DNA from: Methanobacterium sp.
GTDB lineage: Archaea; Methanobacteriota; Methanobacteria; Methanobacteriales; Methanobacteriaceae
DNA: 32,000 bases
NCBI GenBank assembly: GCA_019084405.1
Contig: JAHRFX010000006.1
Coordinates: 19,213 to 51,212 of the forward strand
Direction: 5' to 3'
Shown here: positions 1 through 8,600 of the stretch, piece after piece
Layout of the letters: each line of letters opens with the position of its first letter
Position numbering within the stretch: the first letter of the stretch is position 1
Position numbers and translations under genes: made by a program
The notes under the pieces: generated by a model
Database searches by the model: none
Told to the model about the DNA's origin: nothing
Seen by the model: only the letters and a program-made list of their open reading frames with translations

Positions 1-1
1 C

Positions 2-955
2 ATGCTGGGAACCCTGGTACTGGCCATCAACCTGCTCCCGGTTCCCCAGGAACTGAACCTGGCCCTGATATTAGTGTTTATAACCATGGCTACCGGATTA
101 TTCTTCATCATCCGCCAGAAAAGAGTTAAAAATCCCTTATTTGATCTTAAAGTAGCCAGTCGGCGTATATTCTGGGTGGCTGCTGCTGCCGGGATAATCG
201 TCTTCGGCTCCCTGATGGGGGCCATGTATATTGGCCAGCAGTACCTGCAGAATGTATTGGCCTACTCCACCCTGGAAGCCGGGGTGGCCATCTTACCCTC
301 GGTAGTGTTCATGGTGGTGGTGGCTCCCCAGTCGGCTAAGCTGGTGGACTCCCATGGCTCCCGCTTCACCCTATTATCCGGCTACTTTTTCTGTCTTCTG
401 GGTTTTTTAAGCATGCTCTTTTTATGGAAAGAAGGGATACCTTACTGGATGGTGGGTTTAACCTATGCCCTTATCGGTATCGGGGTGGGTTTAGCCGGTA
501 CCCCTGCTTCCCATTCTCTCACCGGTTCGGTTCCAGTAAAAAGAGTGGGTATGGCCTCAGGGACTGCTGATTTGCAGCGGGATTTAGGAGGAGCCATCAT
601 GACCTCTATATTCGGGGCCTTGCTCACCGCCGGATATGCCCGGTCTTTTGCCCAAGAAATCAGTGGACTGCCTCCAGAAAAGGAAGCGCAGATATCAGCC
701 AGTGTGGTGGCCACCCTGCAAAAATCATTTTCCAGTGCCCAGGAACTGGCCCGGAGATATCCCGAATATGCCACTCCCATCATGAATGCAGCTAAAAATT
801 CTTTCCTGGCGGGGGAACACTGGGCCCACCTGGCAGGTATCCTGGCCATCCTGCTGGGAGGGGCTCTGGTCTTCTTCATGTTCCCTAAAAAGGAAGAAGA
901 AAAGGAATTACTCCAAAAATACCAGGCCCAGGATAAGGACCGTGCCCATCCCTAA
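2..955 (+). CDS. MFS-type transporter, C-terminal part (5' end lies outside the window)
   Basis: The ORF is open to the window edge. The protein is very hydrophobic with about 7 predicted TM segments, G/A/P-rich helices and a charged KKEEEKE tail. It resembles the C-terminal half of 14-TMS drug:H+ antiporter (EmrB/QacA-like) MFS proteins. Family call is from memory. Confidence 0.75.
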   Translation: MLGTLVLAINLLPVPQELNLALILVFITMATGLFFIIRQKRVKNPLFDLKVASRRIFWVAAAAGIIVFGSLMGAMYIGQQYLQNVLAYSTLEAGVAILPSVVFMVVVAPQSAKLVDSHGSRFTLLSGYFFCLLGFLSMLFLWKEGIPYWMVGLTYALIGIGVGLAGTPASHSLTGSVPVKRVGMASGTADLQRDLGGAIMTSIFGALLTAGYARSFAQEISGLPPEKEAQISASVVATLQKSFSSAQELARRYPEYATPIMNAAKNSFLAGEHWAHLAGILAILLGGALVFFMFPKKEEEKELLQKYQAQDKDRAHP

Positions 956-1086
956 AATCAAATAAAAAGCAGGTTCATCTAATGTGGATACCGCGTATTT
1001 AAAAAAAGGTCCATATAATAATAATTTAAGTAACAAAATAAAAAAAATCATAAAATTAATCATCCCCCAAGGAGTTACACTATATC

Positions 1087-1542
1087 ATGAAAAATCTTAT
1101 CATTTTTTTTGCTCATACTGAGTATAGTATCACTATCAGGATGTGTATCTGAAGCCCCGGATAAGGTGCAAAGAACTGAAACAGAAATGGGGTACCGTAG
1201 TGAGTTTAATGGGCAGTGGTCCGTGGAAGTTATAACCAGTGGTGCTTTGTAGAATCATTAAATGAAACTAAAGCTGAAACAGAAATAAGTGACCTGGAAA
1301 TCTACAATGAAACAGGATACAGTCAGCTTGAAGATTATGGTACTACCCGGATAGCCGGAATTAAAGCCTACTACAATAATTACTACCTGCTTTATGAAGA
1401 TAATACTAAGGTTAGTTTTAATGGAATAGTGCGCTTTGAGAAAAATAATAAATGGTATGCAATTAACTGGATGGATCAATTAGGAAATCCTAATAAAAAG
1501 GAAATAGAGCAGGAAATAGCTTATTATATCAATAGACTTTGA
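1087..1542 (+). pseudogene. Lipoprotein-like gene interrupted by two frameshifts at T homopolymers (longest intact ORF is 1216..1542)
   Basis: ATG at 1087 follows AAGGAG (1070-1075) and encodes MKNLIIFF, then hits a stop at 1150. The +1 frame from 1112 reads LILSIVSLSGCVSEAPDK..., which is a signal-peptide h-region plus an L-S-G-C lipobox, and stays open to TAG at 1250. The original frame reopens at 1210 and runs to 1542. Changing T8 to T7 (1103-1110) and T3 to T4 (1246-1248) would give one continuous ~151-aa lipoprotein precursor. Confidence 0.45.
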
Positions 1543-1567
1543 AATTATATATAAAGGGGGTCTTTTC

Positions 1568-2167
1568 ATGAAAATAGTAGGAATATGTGGAAGTCCAAGA
1601 AAAAAAGCCACCGATTATGCCTTGCATGAAGCATTGAATATGCTGGAAGAAAAAGGTTTTGAAACCGAATTTTTCGCAGTTAGAGGTAAAAAAATTGGTC
1701 CATGCCGCCACTGCGACTACTGCCTGAAAAATAAGGAGTGCGTCCTGAAAGACGATATGCTACCTGTTTTTGAACTCTTAAAAGAAGCAGACGGTATAGT
1801 AATGGCCAGTCCCATGTACAATGGTACTATAAGTGCCCAGTTAAAGGCCATAATGGATCGCTGCCGGGCACTGGGAGCAGAAGACTATGACTCTCTCCGG
1901 GGCAAAATAGGAATGGGTATTGCCGTAGGGGGAGATCGCTCTGGTGGTCAGGAATTAGCCATACAACAGATACACACCTACTACATCCTCTCGGGTATCA
2001 TACCTGTAAGTGGAGGTTCTTTTGGTGCCAATCTGGGGGCGTGTTTATGGTCCCAGGATACCTTAGAGGGATTGAAAGAGGATAAGGAGGGTTTCAGGAC
2101 ACTTAAAAAAACAGTTAATATGTTTGCCCGTTACCTGAAAAGATATGGGGGAGGGGAATCCCCTTAA
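1568..2167 (+). CDS. isf: Iron-sulfur flavoprotein (Isf-like, flavodoxin-fold FMN protein)
   Basis: The start MKIVGICGSPRKK and the compact Cys motif CRHCDYCLKNKEC (CxxCxxCx5C) match, and the sequence is similar throughout to Methanosarcina Isf as I recall it (GFETE, ADGIV.ASP.Y, GGDRSGGQE). SD AAGGGGGT lies upstream. Confidence 0.85.
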   Translation: MKIVGICGSPRKKATDYALHEALNMLEEKGFETEFFAVRGKKIGPCRHCDYCLKNKECVLKDDMLPVFELLKEADGIVMASPMYNGTISAQLKAIMDRCRALGAEDYDSLRGKIGMGIAVGGDRSGGQELAIQQIHTYYILSGIIPVSGGSFGANLGACLWSQDTLEGLKEDKEGFRTLKKTVNMFARYLKRYGGGESP

Positions 2168-2330
2168 TTACTATTTTTTTAAAGGAAAATGGTTAATTTT
2201 TAGAGTGTATTCTAATTTTTAAAGAAATTCAGGAATTAAGTATATAAGCTATTATTCTAAATAATATCTAATTCATATGGTTCTTTTATTTTTATAAAAA
2301 GTAATTATTCTTTCATATTAGGGTGATTTA

Positions 2331-3902
2331 ATGGCTTCATCTAATGGTTCAAGTGCTAGCTCTAAACTGGTTAAGGGAAGTTTCCTTATCATTATCAGTA
2401 ACCTCATTTTCAGATTCGGGGGTTACATCTACCGTATGCTCATGGGCCAACTTTTAGGCCCCCAGGGATATGGTTTATTGGGTTTAACTCTTCCTTTTCA
2501 GGGAATATTTCAGATATTGTCTGCGGGAGGGTTACCTCCTGCTATAGCTAAATACGTGGCTCAGCATAAGGCTCTGGGTGAAGATCAGATGGCCCGTCAG
2601 GTGGTATTTACCTCCTTAAAACTTATGATTTTTCTGGGGATCTTTTTTTCCATATTAATGTTTTTTAGTGCTCCCTGGCTGGCCAATGAAGTCTTTGGAA
2701 AGCCACTGGTGGCTTATCCCCTCCAGGCTGTGGCCCTTATCACCCCCTTTAGTGTGATTGTAGGGGCTTTCCGGGGAGCTTTCCAGGGCCTATATAAAAT
2801 GGAATACATTGTGGCCACCCGGGCAGTAGAACAGATATTCATGATTACCTTTGCCGTGGTACTGGTTATGGCTGGTTTTTATGCTGCTGGAGCAGTTTTA
2901 GGAACCGCCGTAGGATTTGCTGCTTCAGCTCTTAGTGCTTATATCATATTTAAAAAATATCTCTGGAAGTACTTACCAGAGATAGATCCCGAGCACCGCT
3001 TTAGTTTCCGGCAGGAACTGGGTTTAATTAAGACCCTGCTTAGCTTTTCTATTCCCGTTATAATTACCGCCCTATCGGAAATGGCAATTTATGATATTGG
3101 GATTTTTGTGATGGGAGTTTATATGGCTTTACAGGATATAGGTTATTATACTGCAGCTGATCCTTTAGCCCGATTACCTCTAGTAATATCACTTTCGGTG
3201 GCCACTGCGGTTTTGCCGGCAGCATCAGAAGCATTTGCACTTAAGGATAAGGAACTTTTAACCACCTATATGGTGCAGTCCTATCGTATAGTTATTTTAC
3301 TGGTGCTGCCTATGTGTGTGGGAATTGCCCTTTTCTCCCAGCCTATACTGGGACAATTATTTGGTAGTGATTTTACATCGGGTTATGTTGCACTGAGTAT
3401 CCTGGTTATTGGGATGACCTTTTACACCCTTTTTATGGTGGGTTCCAGTATTGTTCAGGGTATTGGCTACCCCCGTCACCCCATGTATATCCTGATAGCC
3501 GGGGCCGGATTGAACCTGGCCTTGAACCTGGCCCTGGTGCCTGTTTATGGTATTGAAGGGGCAGCACTGGCCACTACCATTGCCGCATTTATTATCATGG
3601 TGGCCATACTCATCCAGACTTATAGAATAACCAAAATTAACCCTCCTTTCCGGGCCTTTGGGAAAATAATCGGGGCCTCCCTGGTTATGGGTGCTGCCAT
3701 ATTCTTTTTACCCCAGAACCTCCTGGGACTCGTACTGGCAGTTATCATCTCCCCGGTAGTATACACCGTATCTCTTTTACTCCTGGGGGGTTTTGAAAAA
3801 AGGGATGTGCGTTTACTGCGTAAGGTAACCCGAAAAGCAGGACCGCTATCCGGGTTTTTAGAACGGATTATGGTGGTTATTGATAGATTTACTTCAGAAT
3901 AA
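2331..3902 (+). CDS. MOP-superfamily polysaccharide/oligosaccharide flippase (Wzx/MurJ-like)
   Basis: 523 aa with about 14 TM segments. The N-terminus (KLVKGSFLIIISNLIFRFGGYIYRMLMGQLLGPQGYG) and overall organisation are typical of 'polysaccharide biosynthesis protein' flippases. SD AGGGTGA followed by TTTA precedes the ATG. Confidence 0.8.
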   Translation: MASSNGSSASSKLVKGSFLIIISNLIFRFGGYIYRMLMGQLLGPQGYGLLGLTLPFQGIFQILSAGGLPPAIAKYVAQHKALGEDQMARQVVFTSLKLMIFLGIFFSILMFFSAPWLANEVFGKPLVAYPLQAVALITPFSVIVGAFRGAFQGLYKMEYIVATRAVEQIFMITFAVVLVMAGFYAAGAVLGTAVGFAASALSAYIIFKKYLWKYLPEIDPEHRFSFRQELGLIKTLLSFSIPVIITALSEMAIYDIGIFVMGVYMALQDIGYYTAADPLARLPLVISLSVATAVLPAASEAFALKDKELLTTYMVQSYRIVILLVLPMCVGIALFSQPILGQLFGSDFTSGYVALSILVIGMTFYTLFMVGSSIVQGIGYPRHPMYILIAGAGLNLALNLALVPVYGIEGAALATTIAAFIIMVAILIQTYRITKINPPFRAFGKIIGASLVMGAAIFFLPQNLLGLVLAVIISPVVYTVSLLLLGGFEKRDVRLLRKVTRKAGPLSGFLERIMVVIDRFTSE

Positions 3903-3993
3903 GTAAATTAACGAAGTTTCCATTTTTTTATTTCCAGATAATGCTAAATATTTAATTACTTTAGTACATACAATATTGTTTAGGAGATAGCTT

Positions 3994-4689
3994 ATGGCAA
4001 ATATCAGGAACCAGCCGGAATATCAACTGGAAATAGATAACCAGTATCTATTAATTGATGATAAAAAATTTAATCTTCTAAAAAAAATAGATAGCTGTGG
4101 CTCCATAAGGGGAGCCTCGCAACAGGCCCAGGTACCCTACCGCACTGCCTTGAAGTACATAGAAATTATGGAAAAAGTGGTGGGTTCTCCGGTGGTTCTC
4201 ACCCAGAGGGGAGGTAAAGGTGGAGGTGGTGCTAGCCAGCTTGCCCCCACCGGAAAGTTAATTATTAAAGAATATCAGAAACTGAATGAAATTCTGCAAA
4301 AACACAGCCACATGAATGAAATTGAAGGCCAGGTCATTAGCCGGGATAAAGAAAATCAGGTGATGGTTATTCAGGTGGGGGATCATGAAGTCATACTACC
4401 TATATCCGATGACCTGGAGCTAGGGGATCAGGCCCTGATTTTATTAAGCCCGGAAGATATTTTTATCATGCTCCAGCTGCAGGAGTCCAGTGTACGTAAC
4501 CTGCTCCCGGGAAAGATAGTGGGTATGGAACTTAAAAATAAGATGGTCCGGATTAAATTAGATTTAGGGAATAATATACCAGTTTTAGTGGATATTACTC
4601 GTTATTCCTGGGAAAAACTTAATCTGGATTTAGGTAGTCAGGTTTTTGCTGGTTTTAAGGCCACTTCCCCCAGTGTTATGAAAATCTGA
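3994..4689 (+). CDS. ModE-like regulator: N-terminal wHTH plus C-terminal TOBE (molybdate/tungstate-binding) domain
   Basis: The N-terminal segment FNLLKKIDSCGSIRGASQQAQVPYRTALKYIEIMEKVVGSPVVLTQRGGKGGGGASQLAPTGK matches the ModE-N pattern, including the RGG.GGGGA.LT..G loop. The C-terminus SVRNLLPGKIVGMELKNKMVRIKLDLG...VLVDITRYSWEKLNL..GSQVFAGFKATS is TOBE-like. Confidence 0.7.
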   Translation: MANIRNQPEYQLEIDNQYLLIDDKKFNLLKKIDSCGSIRGASQQAQVPYRTALKYIEIMEKVVGSPVVLTQRGGKGGGGASQLAPTGKLIIKEYQKLNEILQKHSHMNEIEGQVISRDKENQVMVIQVGDHEVILPISDDLELGDQALILLSPEDIFIMLQLQESSVRNLLPGKIVGMELKNKMVRIKLDLGNNIPVLVDITRYSWEKLNLDLGSQVFAGFKATSPSVMKI

Positions 4690-4718
4690 TTAATTATAAC
4701 TTATAAGTTATAACTTAT
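4690..4718. repeat. TTATAA[C/G] heptad array forming nested perfect palindromes (20 bp at 4694-4713, 16 bp at 4703-4718)
   Basis: The direct read is TTAATTATAAC TTATAAG TTATAAC TTAT. TTATAACTTATAAGTTATAA equals its own reverse complement. Positions 4696-4718 are identical to 21978-22000. Confidence 0.9.
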
Positions 4719-4734
4719 CACAAAAAGAGGTAGT

Positions 4735-4965
4735 ATTATCATACAGATTAAAGTAGACGGAAAAAAATGCACCGGTTGTGGAATATGCGTAACAGAGTGT
4801 CCCAAGGGAGGAAAAATTTGGAGTGTGGACCGTAGATCCAAAAAAGCACAGGCCTGTAATTTAGAATTCTGTCATGGGTGTACCATATGTGCTGCCAAGT
4901 GCCCGGTAGAGGCCATAGAAATCATAAGAGATGGTAAAGATGAGAAAAAAAAAGATGAGTCGTAA
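4735..4965 (+). CDS. Small 2x[4Fe-4S] ferredoxin, not in the ORF track, with no canonical start codon
   Basis: The frame is open from 4714 to TAA at 4963-4965. It encodes ..IQIKVDGKKCTGCGICVTECPKGGKIWSVDRRSKKAQACNLEFCHGCTICAAKCPVEAIEIIRDGKDEKKKDES, which has two CxxCxxCxxxCP motifs. SD-like AGAGGT sits at 4726-4731. The only in-frame candidates after it are ATT 4735, ATC 4738 and ATA 4741, so the exact start is uncertain. Confidence 0.6.
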   Translation: MIIQIKVDGKKCTGCGICVTECPKGGKIWSVDRRSKKAQACNLEFCHGCTICAAKCPVEAIEIIRDGKDEKKKDES

Positions 4966-5515
4966 GACCTCGGAAACCGATATCCAGATTATGCTCAATG
5001 TGGATGGTAAGGGCGAATACGACATAGACACGGGAGTGGAGTTTTTCAACCACATGCTGGAGTCCTTTGCCCGGCACGGGTTTTTTGATTTAATGGTAAA
5101 AGCCCAGGGCGATGTAGGGGTGGATGACCACCACACGGTGGAGGATGTGGGATTACTGCTAGGAGATGTCTTTAAAAAATGTTTAGGTGATAAAAAGGGA
5201 ATAAAAAGAATATCACATGCCCTGGTACCCATGGATGAAGCCATGGCCACGGTTGCGGTGGATATAAGTGGCCGCAGCTACTGTGTACTGGATATGGAAT
5301 TCAAAAAGCAGAAGGTTGGTGATTTATCCACCGAGAATGTATCCCATTTTCTTAAATCATTTGCTCAAAATGCAGGCATTAATATAAATGCAAAGCTTGA
5401 AGGAGAAAACGACCACCATCAGATTGAAGCATTATTTAAATCACTCTCCCGTGCACTTAAAGAGGCAGTTGTAGTGGAGCATGATATGATACCCAGTACC
5501 AAGGGTGTACTGTGA
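4931..5515 (+). CDS. hisB: Imidazoleglycerol-phosphate dehydratase
   Basis: Matches IGPD along its whole length (TGV.FF.HML..FARHG, DDHHTVEDVG, LVPMDEA, VGDLSTE, NDHH..EALFK, PSTKGVL). The true start may be ATG 4955 (MSRKTSETDI), which would overlap the ferredoxin ORF by 11 nt. Confidence 0.92.
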   Translation: MVKMRKKKMSRKTSETDIQIMLNVDGKGEYDIDTGVEFFNHMLESFARHGFFDLMVKAQGDVGVDDHHTVEDVGLLLGDVFKKCLGDKKGIKRISHALVPMDEAMATVAVDISGRSYCVLDMEFKKQKVGDLSTENVSHFLKSFAQNAGININAKLEGENDHHQIEALFKSLSRALKEAVVVEHDMIPSTKGVL

Positions 5516-5644
5516 ACAATATTTTTTATTTATTTTTTTTTAAATTAGTAAAAATTAAAGATCTTCTATTTTTAAATTAGATTCTAAAAATAATCCAGTA
5601 TTATTCTCCTAAAAAAAAAAGAAAAAAAGAGAAAATTGTTTTAT

Positions 5645-8600
5645 TTAACTTTTTCTACCAGGTCCAAAGTAGAAACCAGCACCTACCAGAGCCAGAACAG
5701 AAACTATACCAATAATGGTATAAATCATAGAATTATCCTGACTAGTAGAAGCAGATTCAGTTGTACTGACTTCATAGGACTTTGAACTCTCTTCACCAGC
5801 TTCAGCAGATTCTGCAGCCTCTGAAGACTCAGAAGCCACTTCAGCCGAAACATCATGTGAGTGAGCAGACTGACCAGGAGAACTACCAGGAGTAGAACCG
5901 CCAGCAGGAGTCTCACCAGGAGTACCAGGCGTAGTACCAGGAATACCAGGTGTAACACCAGGATCAGATCCACCCGGCGCAAACATGGCATTTTTAGTAG
6001 CCATATACATCTGTTCTTTAAATTGAGAAGCTAAATCCGCATCCATATACTGCATGGCCCATTCCACCATATCCAAATTAGAACAGGTAGGTGGAGAGCA
6101 GGACACACCATTTTGAATAATAGAGTTAGCCCATTCATTAGCCAGATGAGTTTTAGTAGAAACATCAGTCTCCCAATACCCTTTACGACTGGTCTCCATA
6201 AACTGAGCATACATAGATTCCAAAGCATAGGGATTGCTCTGATTAAACCATTCTTTAAGGCCTAAATTGTGTTTATCCAGTACATAAACACTGTAACTTT
6301 CATCCCACATGCTGTTTGTTACTGAGTCCGGCGAAGTGACAGTCCAACCAAATAGATGTTTATGGAAATGCGTCATTTCTCGTGCGCCTGCGGAATTGTG
6401 TTCTTGCATCGCTTTAATCCATCTCGGATTGAAGTATGAGGTTCTAAGATCTCTCCATAGGGAATCAGTTAATGATTCTATCCTTGGGTTAGATGGATTC
6501 TCGACATTCATGAGCCACATCTTTGGATCATTTCCGAAAATGCTTCGAATTGTAAGGCCAAGACCGCCAAAGTATCCAAAGTAGTCATCATCACTAATTA
6601 GGTCATTTACATTACTGACTCTTCTAAACAATGCAATTTCGCTTCCATCTAATGCAAGTTTGTACAGGTCTGGTAAATAAATAGGATCTTTTTCTGATCC
6701 TTGGAATATATGGCCAAACGTTCCAATATAGGTTTCTGCTAACTTTAATTCGTCTTCCCATGTGTCACTCATTAGCAGTGCATGTTGCATGGCATTGTGA
6801 TGGTTTCCAGGTTCTTGGGAAAAAATCCTGCTCATCGAAAGTCTTTTAGCCTCTTCTTCACTGAAACCTAAATCTATTAACGCTTGATACATTGCTTCAG
6901 AGTTTTCTCTTACATAGTTGGGTTGAGTGTCGTCAGTAGCGCCTGATGCAAGCCTAATAGCTTTATCTAGTAAATCTAACCTGCAACGAAACATATTTAG
7001 GTATAGAGATGTGGTAGTTATTACAACATCGATTCTAGGCCTTTCAAGGTCTTCTATCAATTTAACATCTGTGTAATGGAATTTAAATCCAGGGTCTGGT
7101 ACTGGTTCAACACCAAGTAGGTAAAGTATTGCAGCTTCCATGACACCCCTGTCTTGTTGAGTATGGGTTGCCCATAGCATGAATGCTATTTTGTGAGGGT
7201 ATTCGCCAGTTTCCTCAAGATAACGATTAATTAGATCATCGACCAGCTTCACTGCTACATTCCATGCTTCTTGCGTAGGCATTATTCTTGGATCAAATGA
7301 ATAAATGTTTTTACCTGTTGGAAGTACTTCTGGATTGAGTATTGGATCCCCAATATTACCAGGAGTTATGTATTGTCCACTAAGAGCTCTTAAAAGACTG
7401 GTTATTTCTTGATTTGATTGTTTAATGTATTCTGAGTATTTAATTGCGAGAGTTAGGTATTCATTGAGTTTTGAGGTTGATGAACCAAGTACAGCTAATT
7501 GTGCTTCTTCAGGAGTTTTATTTTCAAATATAACCATTTGAAGAAGTTGTTTTACCTGTTCTTGTATCAACTCATGATCATCAACCAGATGGTAATCACC
7601 GATAAATTCTTTATCGAGATATTCCTGGAAATCATGGCCTAATAAAGTCTGCACCAGATACAATAGCCTATCTCCTTCCGGAGCTATACCAAATACATGG
7701 AACCCATTATTAATGAAGGCGTTCTCCAGTTCATGTAAATATTCATGGATATCATCCATAAATGCTTCAAAGTCATCTATAGAATCCAGGTTAATATTCA
7801 AATCTTCATGCAGTCTTAGTTCACGAACCATGTCAATTAAGGTCTTCCGGTATTCTTCCTTAACACTTTCATCAAATGTTGAATCATATTCATGCATTTT
7901 CATGTGCAGTAAAGCCAGATCACCATATAACCCAGCAATGGTTACAGGAGGTATAAGATGGCTGATCATTACCGGTGTCTGCCGTCTTATTGGTAAGAGA
8001 CTTTCACCACCTTCCACTGTGAAGGGGTAGATTACTGGTATGTCTTGGCTTACTATAGCTGGCCAGCAGTTATCACGATCCAGACCAGGTCCAGTCTTAC
8101 CTGGTAACCAGGCCACTGTTCCGTGTCTTCCGAAGTGTATAGCTGCATCAGCATCAAAACCCTGTTTTAGCCAGAAGTAGAAGGCCAAGTATTGATGTGT
8201 AGGTGGAATATAACCACTGTGGTACATTGCCCCATGATCTTGTGTATATCCACGGGAAGGCTCAGGAGCAAGGATTATATTTCCAAACTGGATTACTGGA
8301 AGTATTATCATGTTTTCGTAAACCATGATGTTTCCCGGGGCGTCTCCCCACATTTCGATGACTTCATTTTTCTTTGCTTCGTTTAATTCATTGAACCAAT
8401 TCATATAATCGTCTAGAGGCACTTTAATTACTGGATAGTTCTCTATTAGATTTTCTAATTCTCCTGGAGCCCACAGCCCAATGTTCAGTCCCTGGTTTCT
8501 TATAAGGTTTGTCAGTTCTGTCTCATTTGGGAGAGGGTTGTCACCGAGGTAGTATCCTTCATTTTTCAAGGCTTCCAGAATATTAGCCAAACTGGCATAG

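Noticed and set aside
463-879. A 138-aa minus-strand ORF inside the MFS transporter gene.
   Set aside because: It is an antisense shadow. The plus-strand frame has a coherent TM-helix pattern and this one does not.
5516-5644. Direct repeat TTTAAATTAG x2 and long A/T runs between hisB and the CobN-like gene.
   Set aside because: This is a convergent-gene spacer. Oligo-T and oligo-A tracts are the expected archaeal termination signals for both genes, and the 10-bp repeat is low-complexity.
5648-5730. Possible PGF-CTERM/archaeosortase sorting signal at the C-terminus of the CobN-like protein.
   Set aside because: The PGF tripeptide should precede the TM helix. Here the helix (MIYTIIGIVSVLALVGAGFYF) is preceded by SQDNS and followed by GPGRKS. 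I therefore call only a generic C-terminal TM anchor.
5725-5991. An 88-aa Leu/Val-rich ORF on the same strand as the CobN-like gene, in another frame.
   Set aside because: It arises from the repetitive ACCAGG-type linker DNA read out of frame. It has no SD or start context, and the main frame continues the 1498-aa protein through to its TM anchor.
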